Virus record (IMG/VR): IMGVR_UViG_3300012983_000044
Coordinates: 8,249 to 72,248 of that record
Strand: one strand, 5' to 3'
Source of the DNA: a virus
Taxonomy: Duplodnaviria; Caudoviricetes
Length of the DNA: 64,000 nucleotides
This document shows, in pieces, positions 28,523 through 36,843 of the stretch (its first letter is position 1; each line of letters starts with the position of its first letter). The translations under genes were made by a program, and so were the position numbers. The notes beneath the pieces were generated by a model that worked only from the letters and a program-made list of their open reading frames with translations, was not told the DNA's origin and did no database searches.

Positions 28523-29140
28523 ATGTGGATCAGGGATTTCAGGGAGCGCATGGGCCTGGAACTGGACGAGCTTGCGAAGGCCGTCAACATGTACAGGCGC
28601 TTTACGAAGCAGAGAATCAATGGCGTTGTCAGCGATGTACTGATACACACCCTTGAAGTTGATGACAAGGCCATCACCCATCCGGTATTAGCGAATGCGA
28701 TTGCCGTAGTTTGCGGAGCAACGCGGGAGGAGCGCAACAGCATCGTTGCGGAACACAATCGGTGTGAGACATGGATTTGCCCGGCAGACAGCGAAACGGA
28801 AAAGCTCATCAGGAGGGCGATCTACACTGCGACAGGGCGGTTGCCGGAGGATGAACCTAAGCGCAATGAAGTCAGCCCTCAAAAGCTGGCAGCACAATTC
28901 AAGAAGCGCCCGGTAGTGAAACTGAACAGGATGGGCAATACACTGGAAAGCTACGATTCGGTGCTGGACGCCGCAAATCTCAATGGTTTGAGCAACAAGT
29001 ATGTGCGGAACAGGTGTCGCAGGACGATCAAGGATCAGCGGTTCATGTTCGCCGGTGATCGCGGGTACACCTTCCGCTATGCGGATGAATGGGACGCCAT
29101 GTCGCAGGCTGAGAGGCTTGCTGATATAAACGCCAGGTAG
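28523..29140 (+). CDS. HTH/NUMOD1-like DNA-binding protein
   Basis: XRE-like N-terminus; RPVVKLN..YDSVLDAA..VRNRCRR C-terminal motif. Confidence 0.55.
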   Translation: MWIRDFRERMGLELDELAKAVNMYRRFTKQRINGVVSDVLIHTLEVDDKAITHPVLANAIAVVCGATREERNSIVAEHNRCETWICPADSETEKLIRRAIYTATGRLPEDEPKRNEVSPQKLAAQFKKRPVVKLNRMGNTLESYDSVLDAANLNGLSNKYVRNRCRRTIKDQRFMFAGDRGYTFRYADEWDAMSQAERLADINAR

Positions 29141-29844
29141 AGCGCCTGGCGGATGTGGGAGGCCGACGATAGATCGCGGCGCAAGACCGTGGGGATTCCT
29201 GGATTGCGCTCGGCAAGGCAGACCCTTGCGCCTCCCGGATGATGATTAAAGATTGGAGAGGGGGATTGGTTCGCATGAAGAAATGGCTGAACGTGCTTGC
29301 AAAGTAAGATTTCATCATCGCCCAGCAGCCCCAGTTCCAGGGCCAAGAAATGGAGGCACCATCCAGCATGAGATATACTTCGGGATTTACTTAGCGGCCA
29401 TACAAAAGGCCGATATATAAACCTCTTGCGATTGTGACGGTTTGAAAGACAATGGTCTCAGTCAAAAAGCAAGTAGAAAACCTGTGTGGGCCTATCGGCG
29501 GAGGCTGGATGCCGTGGATGTGGATGGGCGGAAAGCCCAGGGAGCCGGGTTTACATACATGAGGTTTACCGGCAACAATACAGATTGCTCAAAACTGAAA
29601 GGAGGCATGGCTGATGGCCTGGATTTGCTGGTATGCGCAGAGAGGCATAGCGAATTGCGCGAAAGACGTTATCTCGCTGGTCTGGACAATGCCTGAGTGT
29701 CCGAAGCGGCTTGGCAAAAGGGAAACGTCCCTGCATATCTGCGTGGCGTCCAGGGTTCGCAGATGCACAGCGGCCACGGGCGAGTAAATGCGGAAGATGC
29801 TCAGGCATGACACCTTCCGGCAGGCGCGGTTGCCTGCCGGATGT

Positions 29845-29918
29845 GGGCGAATAGCTCAAACGGCAAGAGCAGCGGACTTTACATCCGTAGGATGATGGTT
29901 CAAATCCATCTTCGCCAG
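29845..29918 (+). tRNA. tRNA-like gene with UUA anticodon (ochre suppressor-like or degenerate)
   Basis: Cloverleaf: D GCTC/GAGC, anticodon stem GCGGA/TCCGT with loop CT-TTA-CA, T GATGG-TTCAAAT-CCATC; 1:72 mismatch and C37. Confidence 0.65.
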
Positions 29919-30062
29919 CGCGTCGTTTAATGGCATTCTTTGTGCGGGGCTATAAGCCCAGCCGCATGCGTAATACTCCTCGCATGGGCGTCCGCCTGTA
30001 AGGCTGTACCTTCTTTTTTAGGTGGGTTTTTCAAAGGACGGCACTTATCAAAGGCGGGCTAT

Positions 30063-30133
30063 GCCGCCATCTTCCAAAGGCAGGAAAGCTGATCCGTAAT
30101 CAGTGAATGTGGGTTCGATTCCTACTGGCGGCT
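30063..30133 (+). tRNA. tRNA-Thr(CGT)
   Basis: GCCGCCA/TGGCGGC acceptor, GCTGA-TC CGT AA-TCAGT anticodon arm, GGTTCGATTCC T-loop. Confidence 0.8.
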
Positions 30134-30136
30134 TTT

Positions 30137-30207
30137 GCCGATGTAGTTCAACGGTAAAACTGGTGCCTTGTAAGCACCTGTTCAGGGTTCGATTCCCTGC
30201 ATCGGCT
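30137..30207 (+). tRNA. tRNA-Thr(TGT)
   Basis: GCCGATG/CATCGGC acceptor, GGTGC-CT TGT AA-GCACC anticodon arm, GGTTCGATTCC T-loop. Confidence 0.88.
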
Positions 30208-30215
30208 TTGATTAT

Positions 30216-30544
30216 GGGGTAGTAAAGGTTTCGACGGATCACGGAGAGCATTGAGATCGCGGGTAGGCGGAGCACCTTACGCAGCGCCCAAAAGAAACGA
30301 TAATTACGATTATTTCCCTGCGGTAGCCTAAACCGCGCCCTAAACAGCGGACCTGCTGACTGGTAACCGCTTGCGGGTCGAAGAAAAGCCAGCGCCACGA
30401 GTTTCCTGCTTCTCGCTTAAAAAGCAGGTGGTGGAAATCAAATCGGTCCCAGTGCGCCGGGCACTTAAAAACCGGCTATCGCGTAAGTAATTCTCAGTGT
30501 GTTTTGTGGTTCGGACAGGGGTTCGATTCCCCTCTACTCCACCA
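30216..30544 (+). ncRNA. ssrA: tmRNA
   Basis: 5' GGGGTAGTAAAGGTTTCGAC; 3' GGTTCGATTCCCCTCTACTCCACCA; G3-U70 pair; internal tag frame ...NDNYDYFPAVA* ending 30331. Confidence 0.9.
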
Positions 30545-30634
30545 GCCCACGGCAACAGGCGCGTGGGGATGCTTGACAGGCTGCGAGAAATTTCCCCCGT
30601 TTCCCTCGCGTAAAGCTCAATAGAAACGGGATTG

Positions 30635-30710
30635 GGTCGCGGTGGCGGAATATGTAGACGCTAATGCAGCCGTTGAGGTAGAGGTTCCTGTTCGAATCAG
30701 GGCGGCGATC
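30635..30710 (+). pseudogene. degenerate tRNA-Leu-like element
   Basis: GGCGGAAT..GTAGACGC D-arm and CCTG-TTCGAAT-CAGG T-arm present; no recognisable anticodon arm. Confidence 0.5.
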
Positions 30711-30952
30711 TTGAGGGGAAGTCCCGTATCGCTGACGCTGTGTGGGTAAATGCCTTTACCATGTGTGGTGTAAATCCACACCCGCGATCCACAACACGAA
30801 AGGTGATGGTTGTATGAGTGTATGCAAATGGTTGTCGGATGACTTCAACGAGGTTTGCGTCAACGGTGATTGCCCGGCCTGCGCTGATTTTTGCCCGACG
30901 ACCAATTATCCGGGGCTGTGCCGTTACTTTGAGGATGATGGGAAGGATGCGG

Positions 30953-31180
30953 ATGACGGTTTATGAGAAGTGGGAACGCGCAGATGACGAGGTATTCCAC
31001 CTGGGCGAAGCGATTGACCAGTTGAGTCAGGTGCGCGACTGTGACGACATGATCCAGCGTTTGAAGGATCGAATGACGGTCATTGGCTTTGAGCGTGACC
31101 AATATCATGCGATGCTGGAGGAACAGAACCGGCGCGAGGATGCAGAACTGAGCAGGGAGTACATGTTAGCGACGATATGA
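30953..31180 (+). CDS. hypothetical coiled-coil protein
   Basis: MTVYEKWERADDEV... ORF upstream of the exonuclease. Confidence 0.5.
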   Translation: MTVYEKWERADDEVFHLGEAIDQLSQVRDCDDMIQRLKDRMTVIGFERDQYHAMLEEQNRREDAELSREYMLATI

Positions 31181-31193
31181 GAGAGGTGAGAGG

Positions 31194-32162
31194 TTGAACA
31201 TTAAGAACATGAAGGTCTTTGCCGACACCCGCAAGATGTCCCATGAGGAATGGCTGGTGTCGCGCAGGAACGGCATTGGCGGCTCGGATGCAAGCTCCAT
31301 ACTGGGAGTGAATCCGTACAGTTCGCCGTTGAAGGTCTACCTGGACAAGATTGGCAAGGGCGAGGACAAGGAAACCAACGAGGCCATGCGCCAGGGCACG
31401 GACCTGGAGCAGTATGTGGCGGACAGATTCGTGGAGGCCACTGGAAAGAAGGTTCGCCGGTGCAACAAGATACTCCAGCACCCGGCATATCCGTGGATGC
31501 TTGCCAACATTGACCGGGACATCGTGGGGGAAAATGCCGGATTGGAGTGCAAGACCACTTCCCCGTATTCCAAGTTTGAGTTTGAGGAAGGCGAGATCAA
31601 CCCGCACTACTACTGGCAGTGTGTTCACTACATGGCTGTGACCTGGGCGGAGAGATGGTATGTCAGCATCGTGGTCTTGGGCAAGGCCCATCACATCTTC
31701 TGCATTGAACGCGACGATGATTCCATTGCGACGCTCATCGAAGCTGAAAAGGACTTCTGGCAAAACAATGTCGAGCGAAAGGTGCCGCCGCTTCCCACGG
31801 GGAGCGAGACAGACGATGACGCGATCCGCATGCTCTATCCCAAGGGCGAACAGGGTGATGCTTACATCGCCCTGGACTATGTGGACAATGTGCTGAACCT
31901 CCGAGCATTGAAGGTCAAGCAGCGCGACGAGCTACAGGCGGAGATCAACGAGATAGATCAGCAGCTCAAAATGACCATGGGGACGTTTGAGCTTGGCATA
32001 AGCCCTAACTGGACGGTGCGTTGGACGAACACATGCAGCAACCGCATTGATACCAAGGCGCTGAAAGCCAAATATCCGAAGATCGCGGCGGAAGTGACGA
32101 AACCCACGCCTGGACGGAGATTCAGCGTGGCGGCAGTGAAAAAGAATGAAACCGATATATGA
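31194..32162 (+). CDS. YqaJ-like viral recombination exonuclease
   Basis: GIGGSDAS, ANIDR, GLECKT, QCVHYM motifs. Confidence 0.9.
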   Translation: MNIKNMKVFADTRKMSHEEWLVSRRNGIGGSDASSILGVNPYSSPLKVYLDKIGKGEDKETNEAMRQGTDLEQYVADRFVEATGKKVRRCNKILQHPAYPWMLANIDRDIVGENAGLECKTTSPYSKFEFEEGEINPHYYWQCVHYMAVTWAERWYVSIVVLGKAHHIFCIERDDDSIATLIEAEKDFWQNNVERKVPPLPTGSETDDDAIRMLYPKGEQGDAYIALDYVDNVLNLRALKVKQRDELQAEINEIDQQLKMTMGTFELGISPNWTVRWTNTCSNRIDTKALKAKYPKIAAEVTKPTPGRRFSVAAVKKNETDI

Positions 32163-32835
32163 ACCGAAGGGCAAGGCCAAAGAATACGGAGATTTGGCCC
32201 TGAACATCTACACGGGTTGCCCACACAGATGTTTTTACTGTTTTGCACCCTCTGTACTGCGCCGCGACCGGGAGAAATTTCACAGCGATGTAAGGCCGCG
32301 TGAAAACATCGTCGAAGAAACCCGCAAGCAGTTGGAGCGCGAGAAGATCACTGACAGGTTGATTCACTTGTGCTTTACCTGTGATCCCTACCCTACCGGG
32401 TACAACACTTTGGTGACTCGGAGAATCATCGAAGTGCTGAAAGAATATGGGAATCATGTTCAGATACTTACAAAGGGTGATGGTACGCGGGATTTCGACC
32501 TTCTGGATGACGAGGATTGGTACGGGATTACCATTGACGGCAATAAGGTGATTTCTGCCGGATGTCCGCCTGTTTTTCAGATAAGGCGAGCAAAAGAACG
32601 CGGGATAAAAACGTGGGTGAGCTTTGAACCCGTTCTTGATACTGAGCGTGTGCTGTTTCTGATAGAAGCCATGGCCCCAACGATGGACAAGGTGAAAATC
32701 GGAAAACTGAACTATCATCCGTCCGACATCGACTGGAAGAAGTTCGGCAACGATGCGGAAGCGCTTTGCAAAAGGCTTGGATTGGACTACTACATAAAGG
32801 ATAGTCTGCGAGCAGAGATGGAAAAAGAAAAATGA
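32146..32835 (+). CDS. radical SAM protein
   Basis: CPHRCFYC (CxxxCxxC) motif; WVSFEP. Confidence 0.85.
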   Translation: MKPIYEPKGKAKEYGDLALNIYTGCPHRCFYCFAPSVLRRDREKFHSDVRPRENIVEETRKQLEREKITDRLIHLCFTCDPYPTGYNTLVTRRIIEVLKEYGNHVQILTKGDGTRDFDLLDDEDWYGITIDGNKVISAGCPPVFQIRRAKERGIKTWVSFEPVLDTERVLFLIEAMAPTMDKVKIGKLNYHPSDIDWKKFGNDAEALCKRLGLDYYIKDSLRAEMEKEK

Positions 32836-33784
32836 TGATGACTCATTTATCACTGTTTAGCGGTATCGGTGGCCTGGATTTGGCAGCAGAGGCAGCAGGG
32901 TTTATCACTGTAGGGCAGTGTGAATGGGCTGACTATCAGACAAAAGTGCTTGAAAGGCACTGGCCTGATGTGCCGCGCTGGCGTGACATTCGGACGCTTA
33001 CGGGAGATAGTTTCTATGAACGGACAGGATTACGAACAGTTGACGTTATTTCCGGAGGATTCCCTTGCCAGCCGTTTAGCCAAGCCGGGAAGCGAAAAGG
33101 CGAGGATGATGACCGTTACCTCTGGCCTGAAATGCTTAGAGTCATACAGGAGCTTCGGCCAACTTGGGTGCTTGGTGAAAACGTTGCTGGGATCATCAAT
33201 CTGGCACTCGACTCGGTGCTTTCTGACTTGGAAAATATCGGCTACTCCACGCAAGCGTTTAATATTCCGGCTTGTGGCGTCGATGCCCCGCATAAGAGAG
33301 AACGAATCGCTATTCTGGCCTACTCCATCGACGGGAGCAGCGCTTTGCGGCGGAACAGGGAACTTCAAGACATTGAAGAAAATGGCCGAAAAAGGGCTGA
33401 TAACAGAGAGCGAACGTCGGCAGTTATCGCAAGGGAACGGAGGCAAGACAAACCCGGCGCTATTGGAATGGTTGATGGGTTACGAGCAGCAGTTTACAAG
33501 GCTGATATTAACCCCTACAGCGACGGATTACAAAGGCGGATCAATGACGCGCTGCTGGACGACCAGAAAATTGCGGGGGGGGGTGGGTTCGAGTGTTCGA
33601 GCCTGCGCCACTTCCTGGAGATCACTCCGCTTGGGAAAATTGGCCAGATGAACCCGGAGTGGATAGAGTGGTTGATGGGATACCCAATCGGGTGGACCGA
33701 ATTAGATGTCTCGGAAACGCGGTAGTGCCACAACAGTTTTATCCGTTTTTCAAGGTTATATACGATATTGAGAAGGAGGAATAA
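32832..33784 (+). CDS. dcm: C5-cytosine DNA methyltransferase alpha chain, frameshifted at G9 (33575-33583)
   Basis: LFSGIGG, GGFPCQPFS, ENV, HKRER motifs; motif X LGNAVVP lies in another frame (33593-33784). Confidence 0.85.
33016..33725 (+). CDS. overlapping-frame beta chain of the methyltransferase (motif IX), also broken at G9
   Basis: ATG with GGGAG RBS; FWPTP and NPxxxEWLMG motifs; continues to MNPEWIEWLMGYPIGWT if the tract is G10. Confidence 0.7.
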
Positions 33785-33786
33785 GA

Positions 33787-34032
33787 TTGGACGACAAGGC
33801 ATTGAAGATCGTTCGGGATTACATCACCGAGCATCTGGACAAGAGCGACCAGACGCCGACCTTTGAGGTGTACATGGTCTGGAAGGCCAAAGTGCTTCAG
33901 AACTGGAAGTACCTGATCTCCAGCACGCTGTTTGACGGCATGTACTACGAGCTGACCTACAACGGCGATAAGAAGGAATGGTATCTGGACGCCTACAAGA
34001 AGTTTGAGAATCGTGTGATTAAGGAGGATTAA
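33787..34032 (+). CDS. DUF6275-like protein
   Basis: VWKAKVLQNWK..DGMYYELTYNGDK..YLDAYKK. Confidence 0.65.
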   Translation: MDDKALKIVRDYITEHLDKSDQTPTFEVYMVWKAKVLQNWKYLISSTLFDGMYYELTYNGDKKEWYLDAYKKFENRVIKED

Positions 34033-34034
34033 AG

Positions 34035-35719
34035 ATGGAACAGACGACGATCAAGACCCCGAAAAAGACGGCGGCGCTGGCTCCCAAGACGACCCAGGCA
34101 GTGGCGAAGAAGCAGGGTACGGCGCTGGACTACCTGAACAACGGGAAGTTCAAGGAACAGCTTGCGGCGGCTCTGCCGAAGTTCCTGGACACCGACCACT
34201 TCATTCGCTCGGCAATCACTGAGTTCCGGCTGAATCCCGAGCTGGCTGAGTGCTCTGTCCCCTCTGTGCTGGGCTACTTCATGCAGGCGGCGGCTTGCGG
34301 TCTGGAGCCCGCGTCGATGCTGGGACAGTGCTACCCCGTGCCGTTCAACAACAAAAAGACGGGGCAGAGGGAAGCACAGTTCATTTGTGGCTGAAACTTT
34401 GCGGTCACATTAAACCGTGTGAACCCTATTACTCAGGGGTGTGCCGAAAGGTGCTAACGGGGGAACCCGCCGACAAAGGGCAATCCCGTGCTTTAAGGAG
34501 ATAGCGATGATAGCCATTTACAAGATCACCAACACCACAAACGGTCAATTCTACATCGGTTCTTCCGGGAATTACAGGAAGCGATTGCAGAAGTGGCGAG
34601 ACTGGCGTAACAGCGCCAGTAATCCGAAACTGATCCATGATTTTCAGACCATCGGATTTGACAAGTTCGTGTTTGAGGTCATTCAGGAGTTGCCGCCCGG
34701 AACATCGAGGCGTGAACGGGAACAGATGGAATATGATTTGATCCATCAGTTACAGCCGTTCTACAACACGATAGGGAAGGAACGACCGCCTGATACGCGA
34801 GAAAAGCTACGCAATGCGAGCCTTGGAAGGAAGCATACTGCCGAGGAATTGCAAAAACAATCCGCTTCCCTGAAAGCGAGATTTGCAGAACATTCGAGAG
34901 ACGGTTCATGTACATTCAAACCTGTCTTTGTGGTGGAGACGGGGGAGACGTTTGAAAACGTAAAGGCGGCGACTGCTGCCCTGGGATGCGGAGATGGATG
35001 CGTGAGCAGAGCATTAAAGCGCCCGAATTATACGGTGAGAGGCTATCACGTTCGATACTTGGAGTGTAGAGACTAACCGCGATGAATGTAGCGGTGTAGG
35101 GCCGAGGATGAGTTACGGCCCGAAGTGCATGGCATCCGAAAGGATGAAGATATAGTCCACTCCCGCAGGATGGTAAACTGCGGGGATGAGTGACAGAGGA
35201 ATGTTGAGTATCGCGCGGCGCAGCGGCGAAATTGCCAGTGTTGACGCGCAGATCGTCCACGCGAATGATACGTTCGACATTGAGTATGGCCTGGAGCCGA
35301 AGCTGGTCCATAAGCCCTGCCTGACCGGTGATCCCGGTCAGATGATCGGCGCGTATGTCGTGGTCCGCTTCAAGGGTGATGGCGTGGAACCGCTGATGAA
35401 GTACATGCCGAAATCCGAGATCGACAATCACCGCAAGCGCAGCAAGGCCAGTTCCTACGGCCCGTGGGTCACCGACTATGACGAGATGGCGAAAAAGACC
35501 GTGTTCCGCAGCGTGTTCAAGTGGCTGCCTATCTCCATTGAGCAGATTCAGGCGACGACAACGGACGGCGCGGTTTCCCGCTACAACGCCAATGCCAAGA
35601 CGGATGACATCGAGGACCTGGTGGAGGTCGAGTTTGTGGCCGCCGAGGATGACAGCCGCGTGACGGCGGAGGAGGCAGTTGAGCAGTTCGCAGGCGGAGA
35701 TGACAAGCAGGAGGGTTGA
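34035..35719 (+). CDS. recT: RecT recombinase, two exons (34035-34392 and 35193-35719)
   Basis: Splicing restores QFICG-Y-RGM and gives a 294-aa RecT with MAKKTV motif; downstream of YqaJ. Confidence 0.88.
34393..35192 (+). mobile_element. group I intron (800 nt)
   Basis: Exon ends in U, intron ends in G; conserved elements GGCAATCCCGTG, GAGACTAA and AAGATATAGTCC. Confidence 0.88.
34507..35076 (+). CDS. intron-encoded GIY-YIG homing endonuclease
   Basis: AIYKITN..FYIGSS; NUMOD3-like GRKHT repeat; RBS AAGGAG. Confidence 0.88.
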   Translation: MIAIYKITNTTNGQFYIGSSGNYRKRLQKWRDWRNSASNPKLIHDFQTIGFDKFVFEVIQELPPGTSRREREQMEYDLIHQLQPFYNTIGKERPPDTREKLRNASLGRKHTAEELQKQSASLKARFAEHSRDGSCTFKPVFVVETGETFENVKAATAALGCGDGCVSRALKRPNYTVRGYHVRYLECRD

Positions 35720-35743
35720 TCCCTCCTGCACAACAAATGGAGG

Positions 35744-36418
35744 ATGGATAACATGTGCGAAAGCAAAAATGACACCGTGAACATTCACGCCTCGTGCGGT
35801 TCGTTCTTTGTGGATGTGACCATTCAGGGGGCGGCATGGCCGCATGTGGCAGATGAAGATCGCGTGCCCGTTGAAGTTGCTGGCAGGCCCCGCGTTGGTG
35901 AGGTCATGCGCTTCGAGTTAACGGATGGTGAACCTGTTGAGGTGATGGTGCTGGAGGATGACGGCGATGCGGCGACGCTCATTTTCGTTGATTGCCTGAA
36001 AGACGAATACCCTCTGAAAGAAGATGGGGATTACAGCGGCGGGTACGAAAGCTCCGATCTGAGGAAGAAGCTCAACGATGAAATCCTGAAACGCTTCCCG
36101 CAGGAAATGCTCAAACGCATGGTGCCTTTCGCCAACGGGGATATGCTCAGAATCCCTACTGAGCGTGAAATTTTTGGCGAGAACAAGTATGGCAAAGAAG
36201 AACCCGATACCGTGCGGCAGTTTGAAGCCATGAAAAAGCGCAGGAACCGCATTGCGTTCCAGGGTTTGAACGGCGATTGGGAATGGTATTGGCTACAGAA
36301 CAAAGTTCGGAGCGTCAGGTCCGCTACCCACGCCTGCAATGTCTACGCCCACGGCTACGCCGGCTACACCAGTGCGTCCACCTCCTATGGTGTCCGCCCG
36401 CTTTTCAAATATCGGTAA
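35744..36418 (+). CDS. DGR target protein 2 (remote; DUF6273-like)
   Basis: YSGGYESSDLRKKLN..IPTEREIFG..WYWL..GVRP; 3' end matches the TR. Confidence 0.85.
   Translation: MDNMCESKNDTVNIHASCGSFFVDVTIQGAAWPHVADEDRVPVEVAGRPRVGEVMRFELTDGEPVEVMVLEDDGDAATLIFVDCLKDEYPLKEDGDYSGGYESSDLRKKLNDEILKRFPQEMLKRMVPFANGDMLRIPTEREIFGENKYGKEEPDTVRQFEAMKKRRNRIAFQGLNGDWEWYWLQNKVRSVRSATHACNVYAHGYAGYTSASTSYGVRPLFKYR
36306..36404 (+). repeat. DGR variable repeat VR2
   Basis: 99-nt ungapped alignment with TR 17092-17190; all 13 mismatches fall at TR adenines. Confidence 0.93.
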
Positions 36419-36421
36419 TCC

Positions 36422-36438
36422 CGCCGCCTGTGGCGGCG
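36422..36438 (+). promoter_or_regulatory. DGR target-recognition hairpin 2
   Basis: CGCCGCC-TGT-GGCGGCG, same as hairpin 1 with a compensatory outer pair. Confidence 0.8.
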
Positions 36439-36457
36439 AAAAGAAAGGATAAGTGAT

Positions 36458-36829
36458 ATGGCACAGCAGAGACAGATCAAGAAGCTGGATGAGCTGATGG
36501 ATGGAGCGTTGACCGAACGCTTCAACTATGAGATGGACCGCGTGCTCCAGAACGTGTTTGACCTGAACGCGGATCCCAAGAAGAAGCGGCAGATTCAGAT
36601 CATCATTGAGATCACGCCGAACGAGCGCCGTGACGCTGCGGAGTTCAAGGTTGATGTAAAGTCGCGGCTTGCACAGCCGATGCCCGTTGCACAGACGGTG
36701 ATGCTCTATCAGGATGATGACGGCAACGTGACGGCGACGGAGATCACCAATCAGATTCCGGGCCAGATGAATATGGACGGCGGTGTAACCATTCCCAAGG
36801 TCGTCCAGTTTGACACGGCGACGAACTAA
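36458..36829 (+). CDS. conserved phage hypothetical protein
   Basis: Strong RBS; QIPGQMNM C-terminal motif; paired with the next gene. Confidence 0.6.
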   Translation: MAQQRQIKKLDELMDGALTERFNYEMDRVLQNVFDLNADPKKKRQIQIIIEITPNERRDAAEFKVDVKSRLAQPMPVAQTVMLYQDDDGNVTATEITNQIPGQMNMDGGVTIPKVVQFDTATN

Positions 36830-36843
36830 GGAGGAAAAAGAGC

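Noticed and set aside
29845-29918. Genome-wide stop-codon recoding implied by the UUA tRNA
   Set aside because: Long genes are intact in the standard code and many end in TAA at sensible positions
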